From Octopus vulgaris (lineage: Eukaryota): 64,000 bases of DNA. The number at the start of each line of letters is the position of its first letter. Within the stretch, counting starts at the first letter, position 1. This document shows, one piece after another, positions 25,984 to 38,323 of the stretch. The notes under the pieces were generated by a model. The model did not search any database. It worked only from the letters and a program-made list of their open reading frames with translations, and was not told the DNA's origin. The stretch spans positions 151,776,001 through 151,840,000 of the forward strand of contig OX597817.1 of NCBI GenBank assembly GCA_951406725.2, read 5' to 3'. Made by a program: the position numbers and the translations under genes.

Positions 25984-27894
25984 TATTGTTTTGAAGCTAG
26001 TAAAATGTTAACACAGAGAAGCAAAATAATAGTTTCAGAATTATTTTACTATTATCACCATGATCACCGTGACCGACCAGGCTATCAGATGTTGCTACAC
26101 ATCGCTGGTCACAATGCGCTTCGCATTGTTTTATCCTTCAAATGACACCACCCTGCTGGCTAAGTGAGCAGGCCAACAGAAGAAAGAGTGAGAGAAAGTT
26201 GTGGCAAAAGAGTACTGCAGGGATCGCCCCGCCCCCTGCCAGAGCCTCGTGGAGCTTTAGGTGTTTTTGCTCAATAAACACTCACAACGCCTGGTCTGGG
26301 AATCGAAACCACGATCCTACGGCCATGAGTCCGCTGCCCTAACCACTGGGCCATTGCGCCTCCACTTTACTATTATATTATGTCAAAGCAACAGTTTTAT
26401 TTTGGGGATCTTTTATCTCTTACTTGTTTCAGTCATTAGACTGTGGCCATGCTGGGACACTGCCTTGAAGCATTTTTATTTTAATGAGCCAACCTCAGTA
26501 CTTTTTTTTTATTTTAAACCTGGTACTTAGTCTATTGGTCTCCTTTGCTGAACTGCTATATTACAGGGACGTAAACACACCAGCACAAGTTGTCAAGTGA
26601 TGGTGGAGGACAAACACAGACACAGAGATACACACACACACACAGACACACACACAGACACACACACACAGACACAGAGATACACACACACATACACAGA
26701 CACACACATACACACATCATCATCATCATCGTTTAACATCCGCTTTCCATGCTAGCATGGACTGGACGATTTGACTGAGAGCTGGCGAACCAGATGGCTG
26801 CACCAGGCTCCAGTCTTGATCTGGCAGAGTTTCTACAGCTGGATGCCCTTCCTAATGCCAACCACTCTGAGAGTGTAGTGGGTGCTTTTTACATGCCATG
26901 GCACGGGGGCCAGTCAGGCGGTACTGGCAACGACCTCACTTGAATCTTTTTACACATGCCACCAGCACAGGTACCAGTAAGGCGATGTTGGTAACGATCA
27001 CACTCAAATGATGCCCTTTTACGTGCCACCGGCACGGAAGCTGCTCTGGCGACGATCACACTCGGATGGTGCTCTTGGCACCCTACTAGCACAGGCTGTA
27101 TATTATGGGCATCTTTTACTTTCTGTCTACTAAATCCATTCACAAGGCTTTGGTAGAACACACTTGTCCAAGATGTTATGCAGTGGGACTGAACACAGAA
27201 CCATGTGGTTGGGTAGCAAACTTCTTGCCACACAGCCACACCAAAAAATTTTAGAGAGTTTTGTAAAATTCAAATATTTGATAATATATTATTTTTTTAC
27301 AAATATCTCAATGTAATTATTTGTTCAGACATATATAATCCAATGTAACTGCAATTATTTTGTAAAATATGTATAATGCGAAAATTGTTTTTCTTTTCTT
27401 TTTTTTTTTTTATTCCATAGCTTCCAGATATAAAATCAATTTGTCAAATGATATCATCAGGTAGATTCCTTTTTTACAACAAATTATTTGCATCTGCAAA
27501 GTATTTAATAATAATAAATTAATAATTAATATTACGTTTAAAATTCCTAGTTGTATTTTGAATATCCAGCACAGAAAGCAATGTATGGAAACTCTATTTA
27601 TTTTTACATTGGAATTTGTAATTATCAACGTGACTTCTTTGAAGCATGCTATATTCTGTTACATTGTGGCGAATTGAAGCTCTTACATTGACACAATATC
27701 ATAGGCTTTTAGTTGAAGAATATAGTCCACTAAAGTTTTCCTAGTTCCTGAAAGATAAGCTTCTATTAGCTTCTGAGTTCAGGCATGGCTGTGTTCTTAA
27801 AAAGTTTGCTTCAAAGCAATATGATATGATCCCGCAAAAGGGAACCTTCAAAAAGATTTAGATGTTGGCCAATGTCTTGTCAGTGGAATCTGGT

Positions 27895-28196
27895 GTGGAG
27901 GCACATGGCCTAGTGGTTAGAGCAGTGGACTCGCAGTCAAGGGATCGCGGGTTCAAATCTCAGACCGGGCGATGTGTGTGTATATGAGCAAAAACACCTA
28001 AGCTCCAGCAGAAGGTAATGGCAAACTTCTGCTGACTCTTTCGTCACAACTTTCTCTCATTCTTTTCTTCCTGCATCTAGCAGCTCACCTGCGAAGGACC
28101 GGCATCCCATCCAGGTGGGGAACTTATATGCCAAGGAAACTGGGAAACCGGCCCTTATGAGCCAGGCATGGCTTGAGAAGGAACAAACACACAAAA
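27895..28196 (+). mobile_element. tRNA-derived SINE (family D-type head) with 14-bp TSD cagtggaatYtggt
   Basis: A box tggcctagtgg, B box ggttcaaatct; TSD at 27881-27894 and 28197-28210. Confidence 0.85.
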
Positions 28197-29760
28197 CAGT
28201 GGAATTTGGTAAATGGAAAGTGTGTGGAAGTTCATTGTATATATATATAGAGAGGTGTGTGTGCATGTGTCTTTAATTCATGTATATTGGCGATGAATAT
28301 AAACTGAAAACTGATGCTTCATGAATGAAATCCCTTAAGATATTTGTTCTGCATCAAATTAGATACTCTCTCACCATTTATGCCATCAGAAACATAGTGA
28401 ACCATTGACGGGTTCATTTTGAAGGTTCCCACAAAATGGGAACCTTCAAAAGGATTTAGATGTTGGCTAGTGTCTTGTCAGTGGAGTTCGGTAAATGGAA
28501 AGCATGTGGAAGTTCATTGTATATATATAGAGAGAGGTGTGTGTGTGCTTGTGTCTTTAGCTCGTGTATATTGGCGATGAATATAAACTGAAAACTGATG
28601 CTTCATGAATGAAATCCCTTAAGATATTTGTTCTGCATCAAATTAGACACTCTCTCATCATTTATGCCATCAGACACGTAGTGAACCAGTGACAGGTTCA
28701 TTAAAAACTTGTGACTAATGACACTCTTGTTCACCAGTTGCAATAAAAAAAAACCTTAATTTCAGAATAAAGAAAGCAAATTAAATCATGGTCTCATTTA
28801 GTCAGTGAATCTCTCATTATTGTGTGTCAAGCAATGAGATTTCTTCAGTATTGCTTTTCTTGGCTTGTATTTATATTTGAAGCTTTCTTTCCATTTATGT
28901 TTTGAAATATTGCACAGATTAATGACTTTGTGTCTCAAACACTATTTTCCGTAATGATGAAAGATCAGGTTTATTTTTTGATATTTTTTAAATATGCTAT
29001 AGGTGAGCCTAAACTTCATACTTGTAGGAGTCAAGCTCAGAGCTGTAAGTCCTCAAAAATGCTCAACAATTATATGATCAGCTTGATAACCACACCATCA
29101 ATACTTTATATTTTATTTTGATTGCAATACTCCATCAGGGCTTCAAGAATCATATTCTTCCAACTTTAATAGAATAAGAGTAGTTGTCTTGAAGAAAAGA
29201 GTTAAGGCTAGTGGTCCCCCACAACCATATCACAGTGCAGTATTCTGAGAGAGAGAAAGGAATCAACACCATTATTTATCTGATGTTCTATTTCATGGCC
29301 TAAGAAGAATTTAGGTCAAAGTTGTCCTCAGCAGGATTTGAACTCAGAATGTAAACAGCCAGAACAAATACCACAAGGCATTCATCAGACAATTGTTTAT
29401 TTAAAGTGAAATAATACAAGTAGAGTTAAGTGTATCACCAAACACTCAATAATAAGTTTTAAACTCATGGCAACAAATTAGGAAAGCTTATTGGCTTTGC
29501 ACTCTGTCATTTGGGATTTATTCTGGAAGAATAAACAGAATATAATTTGTTTCCACACTAGACTGACTTAACATTGTTGATGTTGTACATTCGTTTGTTT
29601 AAATATAACTTTGAAGTTGTAGAAGAGCACCACGTATATTCTTGAGAGATTTGACCATTTCTCCTATGATAGCGTTGATTATTTCTTCAAAAACAAAATG
29701 ATTCACCTCACAAAACATCCATCATACTTTGTATGTCTCTTCATCTCTCTCTCTCTTTCT

Positions 29761-29792
<32 letters not shown>

Positions 29793-29854
29793 TCTTTCTT
29801 TCTCTCTCTCTCTCTCTCTTTCTTTCTCTCTTTCTCTCTTTTTCTCTCTCTCTC

Positions 29855-29896
<42 letters not shown>

Positions 29897-29974
29897 GTTT
29901 GTGTGTATATGTGAGTGAGAGACTGAGAGAAATAACATATGTATGTGTATATATATATATTCGTATATATATAT

Positions 29975-30030
<56 letters not shown>

Positions 30031-30151
30031 CGTAAAGACAGATGAATACTGCAAAGCATTTTTGCCTGGTGTGCTAATAATTCTGCCAGCTCATCACCTT
30101 AATAATAATAATATCTTAAAAGGATTGATGTAACTCCTCAGAAAGGTAAAT

Positions 30152-31359
30152 AGACAATACAAATAGCATGATGTGATTGCAATAGATGTTTTATTGGTTG
30201 AACAATATTTTGACAGCTAGCCTGATTTTGTCGAGTTCAAAATGAAAAATGATACATACATAGAAATATAAAATTATTGAAATTCAAATCCAAAATTTGA
30301 ATGAGGGCAACCAGTGTTCCTTCGTTGATAGAATGACATCATCAGTCTTCAATTTTCAAGTTAACAAAAGGCAAAAAGAAAAAGAAAGAAAAAAGAAAAG
30401 AAAAGGTAAGGAAAAGGAAGAAGAATATTTAATCAAACAGTTTTGTGTAAATATGATGAAATTCCCTTGTCGTTTTATTCACCCTTCCAGGGCGTGATGT
30501 TAATAACTCACAAACATATTTCTCCTCATGCATTTTGAGGACTAAAAGTGTAGCAGATTAAGAATATTTTCTGAGAATATACACTTTCAAGTCTTTTTCA
30601 AAATTTCAGCAGTTTGATGTAAAATGTTCGGCAAGTTCTGTCAAACTATTGTTATTGTGCCTGACGTTATGTCTGTGCCCACTGAATCTTTTCTTTAATT
30701 GTTCTGTTGTACAACCAACATAAATCAAATTGTGTTTGGTACATTCTACTGCGTACACCAAATGGGAATCTCTAAACATCCCAACTTCCGTGTAAATCAT
30801 AACATTTCTGTTATGATTCCTGATGGAATTGACTTGACTCATGTTGTTGCACAATAAACAGGGCTTACCTCTCTTGTGGCTGTTTTTCAAAGTACAGCGT
30901 GCAGAAATTCCAATGTTAGTTTTCTTGGAGTCAGAAGTAGAGGTTAATAGTTCTCTTATATTTTTATTCTGTCTAAGGCTGAAATAGGCAGCTGAGGAAA
31001 TATATATTTGAAACAAGGATATTTTTCTGCAATATGCTGGTAACTTTCATGTAACACTTTTGAAATGCCAGCAAAATCTTGGTGCCAGTTTGATTAAATA
31101 TTCTTCTTTAGCCTTTTCTTTTTTCTTTTCTTTTTCTCTCTTTTTTTCCTTTCTTTTCCTTTTTGCCAGTTGTAAACTTGAAAATTGGAGACTGATGGTG
31201 TCATCCCATCAACGTGGGAATGCTTGTTGCCTCATTTGAACTGTGAATTTGAATTTCTATGTTTGTATCACTTTTCATTTTGAACTTGACAAAGGCAGGC
31301 GAGCTGTCAAAACCAATAAAACATGCATTGCAGTTGCACCGCGCTCTTTGTGTTGTCTC
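30152..31359 (-). mobile_element. Penelope-like element: GIY-YIG remnant (30429-31016) between inverted copies of its 3' region (~30152-30440 / 31088-31359)
   Basis: PCLLC...HLVYAVECTKHNLIYVGCTTEQLKKRFSGHRH...LAEHF; arms gaagaatatttaatcaaac / gtttgattaaatattcttc. Confidence 0.85.
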
Positions 31360-33138
31360 ATAAAAATAATAATAATAATAATAATAATTCTTTCTACTCT
31401 AGGTACAAGAAGTGAAATTTTTAAGGGAAGGGGCTATTTAATTACATTGACCCCAATGTTCAACTGGTACCAATTTTATCAACCCTGGAATGAGGAAAGG
31501 CAAAAATTGACCTCAGCAGAATTTGAACTCAAAACATAAATGCTGCTAAACATTTTATCCAGCATGCCAATGATTCTGCCAGCTCACTGCCTTACAATGA
31601 TAATAATAACAATAATAATAATAATAATAATAATATAGTTGATGTTGCATGAGTCTTTGACCCATGAATAGTCAAGAAGGAAGGCAAAAAGATAGATAAA
31701 TACAATCCTCTTAAGTACAAAATAACACGGCTTTGGAAAAGGAAGAAGATAGTGCTGATTATTATTGTTGCCCAGTAGAACTGTTACAAAAGGTTTGCCT
31801 CCTTGGCACGGCCAGAATAATCAGGAAAGTATTAGATAGCATAGTAATGTAGGCTGCAGGCAGCAAGCCCACTATGCATGCAAGAATCCAGGAACTCCAA
31901 CAAAACCTGTGATAAAGAGATGTAATAGTGGTTTCTCATTCAGGCTCAAGGCCACTGATTTTGAAGAGATGGAGGGTAGTTGATAACAATAACACCACCA
32001 CTTAACAAATACATTATTTTATGGATTCCAAAAGGATAAAAGGCAAAGGTGACCTCAACAGGATTTGAACGTGGTCTCTGAACTATTCAAATATATTTCT
32101 TTACTACCCACAAGGGGCTAAACAGGGACAGACGAACGGATTAAGTCGATTATATCGACCCCAGTGCATAAATGGTACTTAATTTATCGACCCCGAAAGG
32201 ATGAAAGGCAAAGTCGACCTCAGCGGAATTTGAACCCAGAACGTAACAGCAGACGAAATACGGCTACGCATTTCACCCGGCGTGCTAACGATTCTGCCAG
32301 TTCGCCACCTTTTCTGAACTATTCAAATAGCTTACCTTACATAATATATGAGATAGTCAGTACTTGTTGCTAAAAAAAGGTTTCCCTCTTCAAACAAAAT
32401 GCAAACAACGTGAAATATGTGCAAGAAGCTTGATGTGAATTGTTAGTGAGACATTTTCATCGATTATTGAGCATGTAATATTAAATTGCATGAGATGAGA
32501 AGCAAGTCACCAGTAAGTTGATAAAAAATGGTGGAGTGTAAAAGACATTAACTGATAGACTGATAGACGCAGGAGATACAACTGTAGCAGACAATGAGGA
32601 AATGGTGTCATGCGCTGCCAGTGGAAAGTGACTGTGACATTGGAATACTGAGAGAAGCATGAGAAGTGATGTGATTGGATTTCGAGATGCTAGGTGTCAC
32701 AGGTAAGATGACATAAAGATAAAGGTGAGGAGTGATATGCTATACTGTAGTCATCTAATTCCTGCCATCAGGGGGGAAAAAAAGAGGTGTTAAAACATTG
32801 CTGATAATAAGATGAAGGAAGATATGTATACGCATATACATATATACACATCATCATCGTTTAACATCTGTTTTCCATACTAGCATGGGTTGGAGCTAGC
32901 ATGTGTATTTGTGTGTCCATGCGTGTGTGTGTGTGTGTGCACATATGGTAATGGCAAACAGGTTTATATATTTGAGCCATGGTGTTGTTCAATCAGATTT
33001 CAAAGAAGCCTCGTCTCAATCCATTGATGTCTATAGTTCACCAAAACCCCAATTAAATGAGCTTAGGCAAGTGTCTTCTACTATAGCCTTTGTAAGTGGA
33101 TTTGATAGATGGAAACTGAAAGAAGCCTGTTGTATACA

Positions 33139-33171
<33 letters not shown>

Positions 33172-34195
33172 TCCCCCCACCACCACCACCACCATCACTT
33201 GAAAACTGATGTTGGCATGTTTACATCCCTATAATTTAGTGGTTCAGCAAAAGAGACTGATAGGATAAGTACTAGGCTTACAAAGAATAAGTCCTGGGGT
33301 TGATTTGTTTGACTAAAGGTGGTGCTCCAGCATGGGTGCATTCAAATAGCTGAAACAAATAAAAGAATAATATGTAATTCTGCTTACTCTACTTATGATC
33401 AAATACATATTGGACTCTACACATTCTCACACAAGAGTTAATTGAGTCTTTTGTAATTTATACAAGAAATAATTATTAATTATATATAAGCACTGGCATG
33501 GCTGTGTGGTAAGAAGTTTGCTCCCCAGCCACATAGTTTTAGGTTCAGTCCCACTGCTGGGCATCTTGGGCAAGTGTCTTCTCCTTTAATTCACAGTTGA
33601 TCAAAGCCTTGTTCAGTCAGTGGTAAGACATTTATTTCTTAATCGCATAGTTCTGGGTTCAGTCTCATTGCATGACACCTTGGGCAAGTGTCTTCTGCTG
33701 TAGCTGATCAAAGCACTGTGAGCAGGTTTGGCAAACAGAAACTGAAAGAAGCCTACCAAATGTGACTTGTGTTTGACCCCAACCACCACTTGACAACTGG
33801 TGTTGGTTTGTTTATGCCCCTATAACTTAACGTTTCAGTGAAAGAGACCGATAAAATAGGTACCAGGCTTTAAAAAAATAAATAAGTCCTGCAGTCAATT
33901 AATTTGACTAAACATTCTTCAAGACGGTGGCCCAGCATGGCCATTGTCTAATGACTAACGCATATGGTAAAAGAAAAAGATATATACTCTCTCTTTTACT
34001 TGTTTCAGTCATGTGACTGTGGCCATGCTGGAGCACTGCCTTTAGTCAAGCAAATCGACCCCCAGGACTTGTACTTTGTAAACCTAGTACTTATTCTATC
34101 GGTCTCTTTTGCTGAACCGCTAAGTTACAGGGACGTAAACACACCAGCATAGGTTGTCAAGTGATGTTGGAGCAACAAACACAGACACACAAATA

Positions 34196-34245
<50 letters not shown>

Positions 34246-35228
34246 TATATATGATGGGCTTCTTTCAGTTTCTGTCTACCAAATCCACTCACAAGGCTTT
34301 GGTGGCCTGAGGCTATAGTAGAAGTTACTTGCCCAAGGTGCCATGCAGTGGAACTGAACCTGGAACCATGTGGTTCGTAAGCAAGCTACTTACAACACAG
34401 CCACTCCTACACCTATATATATATCATCATTGCCATTATCATCATCATTTAATACCTGTTTTCCATGTTGACATAGATTGACTAGTTTGACAAGATCCAG
34501 CAAGCTGCAGATCTTTGCTGGGTGTCTCCTCTGACATGGTATCTATTTTTGGATGACCTTCCTAACACCAATCACTATATATTTACAGTTGGCTTGCACA
34601 GTTTCACTTTCATTTGATTTTAAACTATTCTCTTCATTATGCTCTTTCCATTTCATCTTCCATTAGTTTACTTTCAATTCCCTGTGACAAAAACATGTTA
34701 GACCACATACTAAATTAGCACTTAAGTCAGGTTTAGTTTTCTACTTTAAAAAGAAAATACATTTTGTTAAATGTTACTAAAGAATAATAATAGAGTATGA
34801 AATGTCAAACCAAAAATGGTAAAGAAAGTCAAATTAGAAATGAAAATTGAAAATTTTAATCAGCTTTGAAATGGGAATGGATCAACAGAAACTCTGAAAT
34901 AATTTAATATTCATGAAGAAACTGTTGGAACAATTAAAGGAAACAAAGAAATGAAATTAGAGCAAATATAATTGCAGGATTTTCATGAAGTTCAACTCAC
35001 ACATCACACATACATACTCTTTTACTTGTTTCAGTCATTTGACTGAGACCATGCTGGAGCACCACCTTTAGTTGAGCAAATCGACTCCAGGACTTATTCT
35101 TTGTAAGACTAGTACTTATTCTATCACTCTCTTTTGCCGAACCACTAAGTTACGGGGACGTAAACACACTGGCATCGGTTGTCAAGCAATGTTGGGGGGG
35201 ACACAGACACACAAATATATACACACAC

Positions 35229-35283
<55 letters not shown>

Positions 35284-35994
35284 CGACGGGCTTCTTTCAG
35301 TTTCTGTCTACCAAATCCACTCACAAGGCTTTGGTCGGTCCAAGGCTATAGTAGAAGACACTTGCCCAAGGTGCCATGCAGAGGGACTGAACCCATAACC
35401 ATGTGGTTTGTAAGCAAGCTACTTACCACACAGCTACTCCTACGCCTATACATGATGGAAACAATGTGGAATTGCAATGGCCCAGTGGTTAGGGTGGTGG
35501 ACTCAGTCATAGGATCGCAGTTTCGATTCCCAGATTGGGTGTTGTGAGTGTTTATTGAGCAAAAACACCTAAATCTCCACGAGGCACCAGCTGTATTCGT
35601 TCACCACAATTTTCTCTCACTCTTTCTTCCTGTTTCTGCTGTACTTGTATCTCAAAGGGCCAACCTTGTCCCACTCTGTGTCTTGCTGAATCTCCCCGAG
35701 AACAATATTAACGGTACACGAGTCTGTGGAGTGCTCAGCCACTTGCACATTAATTTCACGAGCAGGCTGTTCCATTCTTTTACTTGTTTCATATTCTTTT
35801 ACTTGTTTCAGTCATTTGACTTTGGCCATGCTGGAGCACCGCCTTTAGTCGAGCAAATCGACCCCAGGATTTATTCTTTGTAAGCCTAGTACTTATTCTA
35901 TCAGTCTCTTTTGCCAAACTGCTAAGTTACGGGGATATAAACACACCAGCATTGGTTGTCAAGCGATTTGGGGGGGACAAACACAGACACACAA

Positions 35995-36031
<37 letters not shown>

Positions 36032-36330
36032 CACAACAAATTTTCTTCCAGTTTCCGTCTACCAAATCCACTCACAAGGCTCTGGTCTGTCTGAGGCTAC
36101 AGTAGAAGACACTTGCCCAAAGTGCCACATAGTGGGAATGAACCTGGAACCATGTGGTTCATAAGCAAACTACTTACCACACAGCTACTCCTGAAACTTT
36201 CTGTGTTAAAGTAATCTAAATTAAAACCTTCCATCAAAATTTCCTGTTAATTTATGCTCCCAACACCAGTTTAATAACTACAAAATTATTTGGTTAAATT
36301 TTCCCTTATTTTCAAGAAGAATTGAATCAC

Positions 36331-36772
36331 TAGGTGAGACAAGCTGACACTGAATCAGCTTTGCTGACTGACAGGTGACGGTCGATTAGAGGATGCGCGG
36401 GCTAAGACTACGCACTTTCACTAGTTAGTTATGGTGAGACAGTGTCACGTGACAACTTGCTAGGGCTGCCTGCTGGAGCCCAGCGGCAGGTATTTAAAGG
36501 GAAAAATTTGACAAGTCAGTCAGTCACCGACTGACACTCGCTGACGATACATCGGAGAGGCCAGGAAACAGACGATAGAAGAAGAAAGAAGACATGCACC
36601 CAACACCAGAGCTGAAGACACCTCCGAAAGGGGGGGCCCCGCCACGTCAAAACGGTAGAGGAGTAGGGGCCGAAACTGGACGTGGTTCCTCCTGATGATG
36701 TCTTGAGCTAACTGGATCCTATAAAGGAGCTGTTGTGGCAGCAGACCACGAAACACGGTTGTAATTCCTCCG
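36331..36772. mobile_element. CpG-rich ~440-bp insertion interrupting an AT-rich MITE; family unassigned
   Basis: Abrupt compositional change; flanks are collinear with the reverse complement of 11560-11710. Confidence 0.5.
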
Positions 36773-37936
36773 CAGTGCATTTCAATAGAAATATGGTAAC
36801 AAAAAGGTTAATAACAACAAAGTTATTCCACTAAATTCTTCATTATTTTCAAAAGTGATTAGAAACAAGACTGTGTATTTCAACAGAAATATGAAGCTAA
36901 TGTTAATGAGTATTTGGTGAAAACTTGTCATATTTCTGATGGCAGAAATTGGCTGTGACACAGGAATACAGTACAAACTTCAAATATATTCCATCCAACC
37001 AGATTTTTCTTTTACTTTTTCTACATAATACATTAGCTTGGAACATTGTCAATTTTATTTCTCCAATATATTGACTTCACTTTTCTGGCAGAAGAGCATT
37101 GGAAAGAATGCTTGGCTGGTAAATTGGCAGAGTCATTAGTGGTGCCAGATTGTCACACAGTTTCTGGTCTGTTTCTCCCTGTGCTCGGAGTTCAAATCCC
37201 ACCAAAGTCAACTTTACATTTCATTTTTGTAGGGGTCAATATAAACATACTAATCCAATACAGTGCAGTGGATTAGCAGAACTGTAAGAACATCAGAACA
37301 AATACCTTGTGGTATTTGTTTCAGCTTTTTGCATTCTGAGTTCTAATCCCACTGTGGCCTGCACTGGTGATAGACTTAATCCATTGCCTGGATTATCACT
37401 CCCACTTAGAACCCTGAGTGCTTTTAGTAGTCTCCTATTGCAGGCATTCAAGCTAGGCTCCAGTTTGAGAATATCTCTCCCTACCACCCACCAGTTTCAG
37501 AGACCCTATAACGAGTCAAGGGCACTGACTACCTCCCCTCCCTGCCTCGACTAAAAGGTTGAATAATACTGCTTTCATGACGATCAACAATCATTGAGGA
37601 TAACAATTTATTCTTCCCCATTCATTTTTTTATACCATCATCATCATCGTCATCATTTAACATCTACTTGTCCATGCTTGCATTGGTCAAATGGTATTTA
37701 GCCAGAGGCCCACCCAGTTCTCAACTATCACCTGTTTCCAAGCAAAGTAATATTTCCCTGTGGCCAGACATTTTTTCCACTGACACCTGAAAATGAACTA
37801 CCCCATTTATATGACAGTAATGCTTGTTTACAACCACCACATGATGTCAACACAATGTGTGTGCACACACACACACACAGACACACAGACAGACAAATAC
37901 ACATTCATACATACATACAAATATATATCACTGTCA

Positions 37937-38323
37937 GGAGGCGCAATGGCCCAGTGGTTAGGGCAGCGGACTCGCGGTCATAGGATCGCGGTTTCGATTC
38001 CCAGACCGGGCGTTGTGAGTGTTTATTGAGCGAAAACACCTAAAGCTCCACGCAGCTCCGGCAGGGGATGGTGGTGATCCCTGCTGTACTCTTTCACCAC
38101 AACTTTCTCTCACTCTTACTTCCTGTTTCTGTTGTACCTGTATTTCAAAGGGCCGGCCTTGTCACTCTCTGTGTCACGCTGAATATCCCCGAGAACTACG
38201 TTAAGGGTACACGTGTTTGTGGATTGCTCAGCCACTTACACGTTAATTTCACGAGCAGGCTGTTCCGTTGATTCGGATCAACCGGAACCCTCGTCGTCGT
38301 AACCGACGGAGTGCTTCCATTCC
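37937..38323 (+). mobile_element. tRNA-derived SINE family D, young copy with TSD atatcactgtca (related heads at 35468, 26365(-), 48190)
   Basis: tggcccagtggttagggcagcggactcgcgg...ggtttcgattccc; CpGs intact. Confidence 0.85.

Noticed and set aside
37937-38010. tRNA-like sequences (also 27897, 54575)
   Set aside because: SINE heads with no proper acceptor stem, continuing into repeat bodies.
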